Assembly: GCA_963753865.1 (NCBI GenBank)
Contig: CAVWDW010000003.1
Location: forward strand, 53,619 to 117,618
Length of the DNA stretch: 64,000 bases
Direction: 5' to 3'
Source of the DNA: an uncultured Chloroflexia bacterium
GTDB lineage: Bacteria > Chloroflexota > Anaerolineae > Promineifilales > Promineifilaceae
The notes under the pieces are model-generated. The model ran no database searches and was not told the DNA's origin. It worked only from the letters and a program-made list of their open reading frames with translations. The position numbers were made by a program, and so were the translations under genes. Below, piece by piece: positions 48,266-56,968 of the stretch (the first letter of the stretch is position 1; the number at the start of each line of letters is the position of its first letter).

Positions 48266-48516
48266 GCCTTTCCTGGAGTCATGCTTGCCGGGTCAGCTGC
48301 CGGTGACGTGTCCCGACAGCAGGGTCTCCACTCCATACCGATGAACGCGCAACGCAGCCAAACGGCTGCCAGTACACTTGGGCTTTTTTGTATTCGAGCG
48401 ACCGTAGTGACCGATTTCATTTTCGGTCACTTGGCGTCGGCAGAATACGCGACAAGGAATGTCGCGGCTACAGTTGGCAACCCGACTACTCAAAGACCCT
48501 TTTGGTACACCGTGTA

Positions 48517-48545
48517 TTCGCCTGCTTCGGGGCGTCGGCTATAAT
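48517..48545 (+). promoter_or_regulatory. Putative sigma70-type promoter for the MscS gene
   Basis: TTCGCC, 17 nt, then TATAAT, located 28 nt upstream of the ATG at 48573. Confidence 0.4.
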
Positions 48546-48572
48546 CGGCGACGAAAGGAGCAGGACAACTCG

Positions 48573-49883
48573 ATGGACGATCTTCTCCAACAAGCGGAAA
48601 ACCTTCTCAACGAATTCCTCCAACCGCAGGGTGATTTGCTGGGCCTGGCGATCCAGGCGCTGCTGTTCGCGCTGGCGCTGCTCATCACCCCGCTCATCTA
48701 CCGCTTCACTGCCCGTTACTTCGACAAGTTGACGGCGCGGCTGGGGCAGTATGACCGGGTGCAGTCGATGCCCGCCTATGCCGAAGGGTTCGCCACCTGG
48801 CGCGGCGTGCTGCGGCCGTTGGTGGCCTGGCTGCTCATGCGGATCGGCGTGGTGGTGCTCGACCAGATCGGCCGCCCCAGTTCCCTGCTGCTCTGGCTGA
48901 GCGGCTTTTTCCTTATCTGGCTGCTCTACCGGCTGGCCCACGCCATCATGACGCTGTGGATGCCGCTGGAACAGGCCGAACGCATCACCAACCGCATCAT
49001 CCGGCCCATCGCCATCATCATCGCCCTGGTCCACACAAGCGGCCTGCTGGATGAGTTCCTCGACCTCGGTTTCACCATTCAGACGGCCCGCATTACGCTG
49101 GGCGCGGTTATTGCCGGGCTGGCAGTCTTCGTGCTGGGCATCGTTGCCTCGCGGACGTCGCGCAGCTGGCTGCAGAACAGCTTCCTGCCCAACGCGGGGA
49201 TGGACGCTTCGCTGTCGGCCGTCCTGGCAACGCTGGCCAGCTACCTTGTGCTGGTGGCCGGGCTGTTCGCGGCCCTTATCGTAGCCGGCTTCGACCTGAC
49301 CGGGCTGACCGTCATCCTCGGTGGTCTGTCCGTCGGTCTGGCGTTCGGTCTGCAAGACGTCATCGCCAACTTCGTCAGCGGCTTCATCCTGCTGTTCGAG
49401 CGCTCTGTCGCCCACGGCGACGTAATCGGCATCGAGGAAGAGTTCGGTGTGGTGCAGGACGTGGGCATTCGGGCCACCGTCGTGCGCACGGTTAAAGACG
49501 TAGAACTGATCGTCCCCAACTCGTCGCTGCTGACCAACGTCGTCACCAACTATTCGCGCGGTGAGAACCGGTCCATCCGCCTGGAGATCGCCGTCTTCAC
49601 CTACTACGACAAGAACCCGAAGCTGGTGCGCGAAGCCATGATGACGGCCGCCGGGCGCGTGGACGGGCTGGCCGAAAAGCCCGCCCCCTATGTCGAGTTC
49701 CAGGCGTTCGGCGCCGACCGGACCAACGAGTTCACCCTCGAAGTGTGGATCGAAGACATCGGCGAGTTCGACGAGATCAGCAGCGACCTGCGCTTCTACA
49801 TCTGGGAAGAGATGGAGCAGCGCGGCCTCCACTTCCCGCCGATGCAGCATGAGGTGGCGATACGGGAGGGGCGGGCGCCGTAA
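48573..49883 (+). CDS. Mechanosensitive ion channel, MscS family
   Basis: Multiple transmembrane helices followed by the pore/beta-domain signature GLQDVIANFVSGFILLFERSVAHGDVI. AAAGGAG Shine-Dalgarno. Confidence 0.85.
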   Translation: MDDLLQQAENLLNEFLQPQGDLLGLAIQALLFALALLITPLIYRFTARYFDKLTARLGQYDRVQSMPAYAEGFATWRGVLRPLVAWLLMRIGVVVLDQIGRPSSLLLWLSGFFLIWLLYRLAHAIMTLWMPLEQAERITNRIIRPIAIIIALVHTSGLLDEFLDLGFTIQTARITLGAVIAGLAVFVLGIVASRTSRSWLQNSFLPNAGMDASLSAVLATLASYLVLVAGLFAALIVAGFDLTGLTVILGGLSVGLAFGLQDVIANFVSGFILLFERSVAHGDVIGIEEEFGVVQDVGIRATVVRTVKDVELIVPNSSLLTNVVTNYSRGENRSIRLEIAVFTYYDKNPKLVREAMMTAAGRVDGLAEKPAPYVEFQAFGADRTNEFTLEVWIEDIGEFDEISSDLRFYIWEEMEQRGLHFPPMQHEVAIREGRAP

Positions 49884-50077
49884 TCGCAGACCTCAGAGGT
49901 CTTGAAGTAGATGGCGACGTGACAACTTCTGTCCTGTCGCACAGGCGGTTGTTGGCAGTGGCAAGCAGTGACCTCTCCGTGGCGACCGGAGAGTCACCAT
50001 ATTTACCAACTTCACAAACAGGTTGCCTGCGATTGCGTTATATTGCTGTCTTGCCAGCCTGCTTCGCAGCACTGTAC

Positions 50078-50273
50078 CAGGGTTTTTCAGTTGTCTGTTT
50101 CGGCCGGAACACAGGCCGTTTCAACGGCCTGCTACCGGAGGAAACCCACCGAAGGTGGGTTGCAGAAGGGGTGGCCGGCGCGCTGTCCTTTCCGGGTCAA
50201 GTGGGTTTTGACCCACTTGCCCGGTAGCTGCCGGGTTGTCAACCCGCAGCGGCTTGACAACTGAAAAGCCCTG
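50078..50273. mobile_element. 196-bp MITE-like non-coding element, copy A: 18-bp terminal inverted repeats and 10-bp target-site duplication
   Basis: 5' CAGGGTTTTTCAGTTGTC and 3' GACAACTGAAAAGCCCTG are reverse complements apart from one T/C. Flanked by AGCACTGTAC at 50068-50077 and 50274-50283. About 80% identical to 63366-63559. Confidence 0.75.
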
Positions 50274-50448
50274 AGCACTGTACCGCAGCAGTAGTGACTA
50301 TCAGCTGTTTGCTATACAATAGCAGAACATATCTCGCCCCACTTTCTTTGCTTCCAGATGAATAGGTTCGTATCAGGGCAGGATACCCGTTTTCCCGTGG
50401 TGTCGGCGTTCTTGCCGCGCACCTGTTATGATCGCATGGAGGTTTCTA

Positions 50449-50931
50449 ATGAGTGAACGTGCAGATGCTTTAGCCAATCGGATTATGGAGGGAGCTGAGG
50501 CGTTGGCCTCTTTCACCGAACACCTTTCTCCGGCAGGATGGGCGACGATCGTTCCCGGTGACCAGCGCCCGGTGGGCGTATTAGTTCACCACGTAGCCAG
50601 CATGTATCCACTCGAAGTGGATCTGGCGCGGTTGTTGGCTGAGGGCAAGCCAATTGCGGGTGTGACCTGGGACGATGTTGACCAGGGCAATGCCGATCAC
50701 GCCCATACCAACGCTGAGGTGGCCCAGGGGGAAGCCATCGCCTTGTTACGGCGTAATAGTAAGGCAGCTGCCGATCGCGTCCGAGAGTTCACTGATGAAG
50801 AATTGGACAATGCGGCAATCGTCTCTCTCAATACCGACGCGCCTCTGACCGCACAGTACTTTATCGAGGATCATGCCTTGCAGCATAGTTTCCATCATCT
50901 GTCCAGTATCCGTATGGCCCTCGACGCCTAG
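50449..50931 (+). CDS. DinB family protein
   Basis: About 160 aa with His-containing helices (VLVHHVASMYP, ADHAHTN, HSFHHL). GGAGG Shine-Dalgarno before the ATG at 50449. Confidence 0.6.
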   Translation: MSERADALANRIMEGAEALASFTEHLSPAGWATIVPGDQRPVGVLVHHVASMYPLEVDLARLLAEGKPIAGVTWDDVDQGNADHAHTNAEVAQGEAIALLRRNSKAAADRVREFTDEELDNAAIVSLNTDAPLTAQYFIEDHALQHSFHHLSSIRMALDA

Positions 50932-50991
50932 AGGACTGGAGGGGAGCACGTTCGTCAGGTACGCGCCAAGGACGTGCTCCCATATGGGTTG

Positions 50992-51450
50992 CTAGTCGCC
51001 ATTCTCCTCCCTCTCGGCGCCGCCGACCACCCTGACCGTTTGCGCCAGGATGCGCTTTTCGGCGTCGCTCAGGCGGGCTTCCGGGTGGGTGATCAGAAAG
51101 ACAGCCGGGGGCATCTCACCTTCCAGAATGACTTCGGCCATCTCGTCTCCTTCTTCACCTTCGCGGTCTCCCTTGCCCCACTCAGAGAAGTTGAGGTATT
51201 GCCGCCCCTCAACTACGTCACGCTGCACCAGCCAGGAAACAGGGGCCACATTGCTATACCAGGGCCATTCTGTCTCGTTGCTGTGGCAATCGTAGCACGC
51301 TCGCTCCGCCAGCTCCCTGGCCTCGGTGTCGGTCCAAACCAGGTCGTTGGTAATGGGTGGGTTCGTATGGTTCCGTCCATAGGGAACCAGCTGAATGAGA
51401 AGAAACCCGCCAGCGACAACGACCACCAGAACAAGAAATAACCTGCGCAT
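50992..51450 (-). CDS. Heme-binding domain (Haem_bd) protein with an N-terminal membrane anchor
   Basis: CYDCHSNETEWPWYSNVAPVSWLV matches the cytochrome-c-type heme-binding domain family. ATG at 51450 behind a G-rich Shine-Dalgarno. Confidence 0.75.
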   Translation of the reverse strand: MRRLFLVLVVVVAGGFLLIQLVPYGRNHTNPPITNDLVWTDTEARELAERACYDCHSNETEWPWYSNVAPVSWLVQRDVVEGRQYLNFSEWGKGDREGEEGDEMAEVILEGEMPPAVFLITHPEARLSDAEKRILAQTVRVVGGAEREENGD

Positions 51451-51941
51451 CAATAGACCCCCCTACAAGAATGACTGAATCAGCCATCGTGATAGCTGAC
51501 GACTCGATTTCACCAGTATAGCGTAGCGGCGCGGCAGTTGTCCTATATCGAAGGGTACTGAATCCGGTGTGCTGGAGACGTGACGTACTGGTGTCAGCCT
51601 CCATATCGGCAGCCAGAAGAGGGCGGGCAAAACAAGAACCGGACTGAGGGGCGGAAGGCGGCTGCCCACCCGCGCGAACGTTCCGGGGCGAATCAGACCT
51701 TTGTCTCCCGCAGTGAATAGGCGGCGGGTCTGGGCCTCGTAGGCTCAGGCCCGCATTACCCTGCATAACAGCGGCGAGACGTTCTGCGTGGACGAGAACG
51801 GATCAGCACGGTCGACGGCTGTTGATCCGCCGGCATTCGACGCCATCGGTTTTTCGATTGGGCTGCCAGGCGCCAGCGCGAAGCCGACAGCCGATCAGTT
51901 GATGTGGCCAGGGCTGCGGGCATCAGGCATGCGGGTGCTGG

Positions 51942-53606
51942 CTACGCTTCGCTTGCCGTCTGCTCCGCAATCCACGCCCAACTGTCTGCCTCTGCACTTG
52001 TCAGGGCGGCGCCAAGCGTCTTCTCCGCCGGGTAGACGTCATCGTCGCCCAGTTGGTCCAGCACGCCGGTGCGCTCGAACTGTTCCATCACCCGGTCGTT
52101 CATGCCGACCAGCTTCAGCTTGTTGCCGCTTGCTTCCAGCTCCTCGTGGTAGCGTTTGATCACCTGGATGAAGGTGCTGCCCACCTCATCCCGGTCACGC
52201 AGACCAAAGATGACGACGGAGTTGGTCGCCTCGCCCACGTCCGGCAGGTTTTCTTCCAGTTCGGCCGCCCCGGCAAAGAAGAGGCTGCCGATCGGGTTCA
52301 GCATGTACACCTGCTCGCTTTCCATGAGTTCGGGCATCTCTTCTTCTGCGAAGGTGCCGTCGGGCTGGTGGACGAGACGTTCAATGCGCACCGACTCCGA
52401 CGAGGAGAAGACATAGAGCAGGATGTGGAGCAGCACGCCGATGCCGACGGCGTACTGGATGGGCAGGAACAGCGTGGCTACGAGGGTGATGCCCATGATG
52501 GTCATGGGGGCCGGGCCGGTGAAATAGACCGTCTGTAAACGGCCGACATTGATCATGCTGATGCCGACCATGACCATGATGCCTGCCAGCGTCGGCAGGG
52601 GAATGACGCCGATAAGCGGCCCGATGGTCAGCATGGCCAACGCAGTGAAGCCCGCCGTGAACAGATTGGCCCAGCGGGACGTACCGCCGACCTGTTTGAG
52701 GACGGCCGTTCCGCCCAGCGACCCGCCCACCGGCAGCCCGCCCGCAAAGCCGGTGGCGATGTTGGCCAGCCCCTGCCCGCGAAAGTCGCCATTAGGATCG
52801 GGATACTCGCCGTCGGGGTTGGGCACGCTTTGGCTGACGCCCGCGCCCTGCACCAGAATGATGAGTGACAGGGCCAGCGCCGGCGGAATGAGGCGCACGA
52901 CCAGCGACAGGTCAGGCAGGTTGAAGGTGATGGCCGAGCGGGGAATCTCCGTGTTGTCGCCGACGGTCAGCAGTCCCTCTGGCGACCAGACGGCGACGAT
53001 GAGCGTGGTCACTACCAGGGCAACCGCATACCCATATCGCCCATACTTGGTGCGCTCAACGGTGAATATAATCAGCATGGTCAACAGACCGATGATCAAC
53101 GATGTCCAGCTGATCAGTTCCGGGTTGAGCAAGGTGTCGAAGGTGCGCATGACCGAGTTGCCCGCGCCGCTGTAGTAGCCAGTCAGGTCGCCCACCTGCC
53201 CCAGAATGGTCAGAATGCCGATGCCGGTCAGGAAACCGGTCATGACGGAGTTGGAGATGAAGCGGGTCAGGAAGCCGAGCTTGAGCACGCCGAACAGGAG
53301 CTGGAACAGGCCAATGAGGATGCCCAGCACGACGATAATCGCCAGCTGGTCCGGCTCCGACAGGCCGGTCACCTGCTCGCCGGTGGCGATGGCGGTGGCG
53401 CTGGTCGAGTCGACGTTCATGATCACCGAACTGGTGAACAGCGCCGCGACGGCCGTTCCGGCAACGGTCGAGTAGATGCCATAGACCGGGTTCACCCCTG
53501 CCAGCAGGCCGTTGCCCAACGAGCCGGGGATGGTGATAACGGCCATGATCAGGCCGGAAATGAGGTCGTTAATGAGTGTTTTTCGCGGGACTCGGAATCC
53601 TTGCAT
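51942..53606 (-). CDS. SulP family inorganic anion transporter with a C-terminal STAS domain
   Basis: 554 aa. About 10-12 transmembrane segments with SulP-type N-terminus DLISGLIMAVITIPGSLGNGLLAGV. The STAS-like tail carries VVIFGLRDRDEVGSTF. Confidence 0.85.
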   Translation of the reverse strand: MQGFRVPRKTLINDLISGLIMAVITIPGSLGNGLLAGVNPVYGIYSTVAGTAVAALFTSSVIMNVDSTSATAIATGEQVTGLSEPDQLAIIVVLGILIGLFQLLFGVLKLGFLTRFISNSVMTGFLTGIGILTILGQVGDLTGYYSGAGNSVMRTFDTLLNPELISWTSLIIGLLTMLIIFTVERTKYGRYGYAVALVVTTLIVAVWSPEGLLTVGDNTEIPRSAITFNLPDLSLVVRLIPPALALSLIILVQGAGVSQSVPNPDGEYPDPNGDFRGQGLANIATGFAGGLPVGGSLGGTAVLKQVGGTSRWANLFTAGFTALAMLTIGPLIGVIPLPTLAGIMVMVGISMINVGRLQTVYFTGPAPMTIMGITLVATLFLPIQYAVGIGVLLHILLYVFSSSESVRIERLVHQPDGTFAEEEMPELMESEQVYMLNPIGSLFFAGAAELEENLPDVGEATNSVVIFGLRDRDEVGSTFIQVIKRYHEELEASGNKLKLVGMNDRVMEQFERTGVLDQLGDDDVYPAEKTLGAALTSAEADSWAWIAEQTASEA

Positions 53607-53779
53607 ACGTATCTCACCTCATCTACTGGGTACACTGTCGAGGTCGTGTGCTCCCCTAACCATAACAAGGAAGACGCGTCGGGGCGAAAACTCGGCGGGG
53701 CAGTTTTGGGGTGGTTTTGAGCGAGTGGGCCGAATGGAGGACTGGACGCCGGCGGAGGTGGGCCGGGTCAGATTGCCTC

Positions 53780-53808
53780 TTGACAGGCAAAGGATGTGGC
53801 TCTATACT
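53780..53808 (+). promoter_or_regulatory. Near-consensus sigma70 promoter of the ROK regulator gene
   Basis: TTGACA (53780-53785), 17 nt, then TATACT (53803-53808). Confidence 0.65.
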
Positions 53809-53832
53809 TACTTTATTCAGTGAATAAAGTAA
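53808..53832. promoter_or_regulatory. Perfect 12-1-12 palindromic operator TTACTTTATTCA-g-TGAATAAAGTAA overlapping the -10 box and transcription start
   Basis: Read directly from the sequence. AT-rich like known ROK-repressor (NagC/Mlc/XylR) operators. Lies 10 nt before the ROK ATG. Confidence 0.6.
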
Positions 53833-53841
53833 CAAACGCTT

Positions 53842-55056
53842 ATGTCTAACCCCACCCGTGGCAACCGAGATCTGATGCGAGCTATCAACCGTTCAGCCGT
53901 GCTCAACACGATTAAGAACCACGGCCCACTGCCCCGCACCGATATCGCCCGGACGACCAATCTGAGCGCGGCGACGGTGACCGGCATTGTCAACGAGCTA
54001 ATCGGTGAGGCACTTGTCTTCGAGAAAGCGGAGGGCAGCTCCAGCGGCGGCCGCCGGCCGATTCTGCTCGCCCTCAACCCGCGCGGCGGCTATGTGATCG
54101 GCATCAAGCTGGCGGAGCGCACCATCACCGGCGCACTGGCCGACCTGGAAGCGACGGTCCAGCAAGCGTACACCGCCCCCCTGCCCCCCGACGCCGATTT
54201 GACGGCCGTCCTCGATACGGTTGCGGCGGTTGTCGACCATCTGTTGGCCGGGGCGGGCATCGACCGGGACCATCTGTTCGGCGTCGGTGTTGGCGTGGCC
54301 GGCGCGGTCGATCCCGGCCACGGCGTACTGCGCTATAACCCGTTCTTCGCCTGGCGCGATCTGCCGCTGGCCGACCTGTTGAGCGAGCGCCTGGGCGTGC
54401 CGGTGGCCATCGACAACGACGTCAATACCCTGACCATCAGCGAGCTGTGGTTCGGCCGGGGCAAGGGCATCAGCAACTTCCTGGTCGTCACGGTTGGCCG
54501 AGGTGTAGGGCTGGGCATCGTGCTCAACGGCCACGTCTATCTGGGCGCCCACGGCGGCGCGGGCGAGTTCGGTCATATGGTCATCGATGCGGACGGCCCG
54601 CTCTGTGAATGTGGCAAGCGGGGCTGTCTGGAGGCGTATGTGGCTGACCCGGCGCTGCTGGCGGCTGCCGCTGACGCTGTCGCCGCAGGCGCGTTGTCGC
54701 CGGACGTGGCTGATCTGGACGCGCTGATGGCCGCCGCAGCCGCCGGGGAAACGGCCGCCGCTGAGATCTACACCCGGGCGGGTGATGTGCTGGGGATCGG
54801 CATTGCCAATCTGATCAATGTTCTCAATCCACAGCTCATTTTGATCAGCGGCGAGGGCGTGCGCTCCGGCGATCTGCTGTTCGAACCCATGCGCCAGGCG
54901 ATCGATCGACACGTGATGCCCGGCCTGGCCGGGGACACCGACATTCAGATCGACCCGTGGGATGATCACGCGTGGGCGCAGGGGGCGGCGAGCCTTGTGC
55001 TGCGCCATCTATTCGAGTCACCACTGCATCGTGAGTACCAAACGGTCATCGCCTGA
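53842..55056 (+). CDS. ROK family transcriptional repressor (NagC/XylR-like)
   Basis: N-terminal wHTH (LMRAINRSAVLNTIKNHGPLPRTDIARTTNLSAATVT), VGVGVAGAVD, and the ROK zinc motif CECGKRGCLEAY. Confidence 0.85.
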   Translation: MSNPTRGNRDLMRAINRSAVLNTIKNHGPLPRTDIARTTNLSAATVTGIVNELIGEALVFEKAEGSSSGGRRPILLALNPRGGYVIGIKLAERTITGALADLEATVQQAYTAPLPPDADLTAVLDTVAAVVDHLLAGAGIDRDHLFGVGVGVAGAVDPGHGVLRYNPFFAWRDLPLADLLSERLGVPVAIDNDVNTLTISELWFGRGKGISNFLVVTVGRGVGLGIVLNGHVYLGAHGGAGEFGHMVIDADGPLCECGKRGCLEAYVADPALLAAAADAVAAGALSPDVADLDALMAAAAAGETAAAEIYTRAGDVLGIGIANLINVLNPQLILISGEGVRSGDLLFEPMRQAIDRHVMPGLAGDTDIQIDPWDDHAWAQGAASLVLRHLFESPLHREYQTVIA

Positions 55057-55069
55057 GGCGCTTCCTGCA

Positions 55070-55987
55070 ATGACTTCAGTGAATCAGGGTGCATTGACGC
55101 CCGCCCGCCGCAAAAGTCTGCGCAACTTAATGTGGGCTCTGTTCTTCATCGCCCCCAGTCTGCTTGGCTTGTTGGCCTTTCTAATCGGCCCGATGGTGGC
55201 CTCGTTAGGTCTGTCCTTCATGGCCTGGGACCCATTATTGCCATCACAGTTCACGTTCGTCGGTCTGGACAACTACATTGAACTGGCCAATGATCCCGAC
55301 TTCTGGCAGGCCCTGCGGAATACGCTCTTCTTCATCGTCGGATATATTCCTCTCGTTCTGGTTATTGGGCTTCTGGTGGCGCTGCTCCTCAATCGTGGTT
55401 TGCGCGGCATGGCATTCTTCCGCGGGGCGTTCTTCATGCCTGTCATCTCAGCCTGGGTGGCTGTGGCTCTGTTGTGGATGTGGATCTTTAACCCGCGTTT
55501 TGGTCTGGTCAACTATCTGCTGGGTCTGATCGGGATCGACGGGCAGGCATGGCTGTTCGATCCAAACTGGGCCATGCCTGCTATTATCCTGACCAGCGTC
55601 TGGAAGGATATCGGATTTGTCTCGGTCCTGTTCCTGACCGGACTGCAGAGTATTCCACAGGAGTATTACGAGGCAGCGTCCATTGACGGAGCCAGTCAGG
55701 TGGCCAAATTCCGCAGCATCACCATTCCCCTGCTCTCCCCGACTACCTTCTTTGTGCTCATCATCTCGCTCATCAACTCCTTCCAGGTGTTTGATCAGGT
55801 GTGGATCATGACCGAGGGTGGCCCAGCCGGAGCGACGTCTGTTCTGGTGGAACAGATTGTGAACAACGCTTTTCGCTACAGTCGGATGGGGTACGCGGCA
55901 ACAATTTCCTGGGTGCTGTTCGCTCTAGTGTTTGCTGTCACGATCATCCAGTCTCGTATTCAGAAGAAGTGGGTGAGCTATGATTGA
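55070..55987 (+). CDS. Carbohydrate ABC transporter permease (MalF-like)
   Basis: EAA loop EAASIDGASQVAKFRSITIPLL. ATG at 55070 lies just after the ROK stop. Confidence 0.85.
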   Translation: MTSVNQGALTPARRKSLRNLMWALFFIAPSLLGLLAFLIGPMVASLGLSFMAWDPLLPSQFTFVGLDNYIELANDPDFWQALRNTLFFIVGYIPLVLVIGLLVALLLNRGLRGMAFFRGAFFMPVISAWVAVALLWMWIFNPRFGLVNYLLGLIGIDGQAWLFDPNWAMPAIILTSVWKDIGFVSVLFLTGLQSIPQEYYEAASIDGASQVAKFRSITIPLLSPTTFFVLIISLINSFQVFDQVWIMTEGGPAGATSVLVEQIVNNAFRYSRMGYAATISWVLFALVFAVTIIQSRIQKKWVSYD

Positions 55988-56843
55988 GACAACCCAACCG
56001 GCCAAGGCTCCGGGGCCCTCATTCAGGCAGCGGCTGGGCACCGGGCTAACCTATCTCCTGCTGCTGGGCGGCGCGGCCATCATGCTCGTACCATTCATGT
56101 GGATGGTCTCGACATCACTGAAAGCCAACGAGTTCGTCCTGACGATGCCACCGCAGTTTATTCCCCAACCGGCCACGCTGGACAGTTACCGGCGGCTGTT
56201 CGACCTGTTCCCCATTGGCCGCATGTTTGTAAACAGCCTGTTCGTGGCACTGGCGGTTGCGCTGGGTCAGCTGGTCACGTGCTCGATGGCTGCCTACGCC
56301 TTTTCCCGGATGCAGTTCCGTGGCCGCGACGCTCTGTTCCTTGTCTATCTGGCGACGCTGATGATCCCGTTCCAGGTCACGATTACGCCTTTGTTCATTT
56401 TGATGAGTCGTTTGGGATGGATCAACACCTATCAGGGCCTCATTCTGCCGGGTGTCTTCAGCGCTTTTGGCACGTTCCTGCTGCGCCAGGCATTCCTATC
56501 TATTACGGTGGAGTATGAGGAGTCGGCCGTGCTGGACGGGGCTAACCCGTTCACGATTTACTGGCGCATTATCCTGCCTCTGGCCAAGCCCGCTCTGGCC
56601 ACTCTAGGTGTATTTGCATTCATGAGTTCGTGGAACTCGTTCCTGTGGCCGCTGTTTGTAGTGCGCGATGAACTGCTCATGACGCTGCCAGTGGGTCTGG
56701 CTACCCTCCACGGCAGCTGGCTGACCGAGTGGAATCTTGTAATGGCCGGCACGCTCATTACCGTTGTACCGATGGCTATTGTCTACCTGTTTGGCCAGAA
56801 GTATCTGGTGCGCGGCTTCGTAACGAGCGGCCTGAAAGGCTGA
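55980..56843 (+). CDS. Carbohydrate ABC transporter permease (MalG-like)
   Basis: EAA loop ESAVLDGANPFTIYWRIILPLA. 8-nt overlap with the previous gene. Confidence 0.85.
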   Translation: MIETTQPAKAPGPSFRQRLGTGLTYLLLLGGAAIMLVPFMWMVSTSLKANEFVLTMPPQFIPQPATLDSYRRLFDLFPIGRMFVNSLFVALAVALGQLVTCSMAAYAFSRMQFRGRDALFLVYLATLMIPFQVTITPLFILMSRLGWINTYQGLILPGVFSAFGTFLLRQAFLSITVEYEESAVLDGANPFTIYWRIILPLAKPALATLGVFAFMSSWNSFLWPLFVVRDELLMTLPVGLATLHGSWLTEWNLVMAGTLITVVPMAIVYLFGQKYLVRGFVTSGLKG

Positions 56844-56968
56844 TTCGCAGCACAACTGCCCACCCCACCTTTGAAAAGGAGGCGAGAATCTATTGCTGGC
56901 AGCTTAGTCAAATCACTCGACTCGTAGTCTACATTGGAGAGAAGAACTGATTCATAAGGAGAATCAAG

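Noticed and set aside
48486-49850. 454-aa ORF on the minus strand, antisense to the MscS gene
   Set aside because: It is Arg/Gly/Pro/Gln-rich low-complexity translation typical of a GC-rich shadow frame. The plus-strand frame carries clear MscS motifs and a Shine-Dalgarno sequence.
49919-50227. ORFs running through both MITE copies (49919-50227 and 63294-63515) share the peptide WVAEGVAGALSF...VGFDPL, and three differences fall at third codon positions
   Set aside because: - There is no conserved start codon or ribosome-binding site.
- The upstream parts of the two ORFs are unrelated.
- The reading frame simply traverses a conserved hairpin-rich core.
- With only two copies, three synonymous-looking changes are not significant.
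- It should be kept in mind if more copies are found.
50078-50273. Interpretation of the element as a 6S-like or other housekeeping structured RNA, because the 5' and 3' ends pair in a long closing stem
   Set aside because: Flanking 10-bp direct repeats at both copies, and the presence of two diverged copies in unrelated contexts, fit transposition better. None of the 6S, SRP, RNase P or tmRNA signature sequences are present.
53998-55008. 336-aa minus-strand ORF antisense to the ROK regulator
   Set aside because: It is a shadow ORF with no motifs and no ribosome-binding site. The plus-strand frame has the ROK wHTH and zinc motif.
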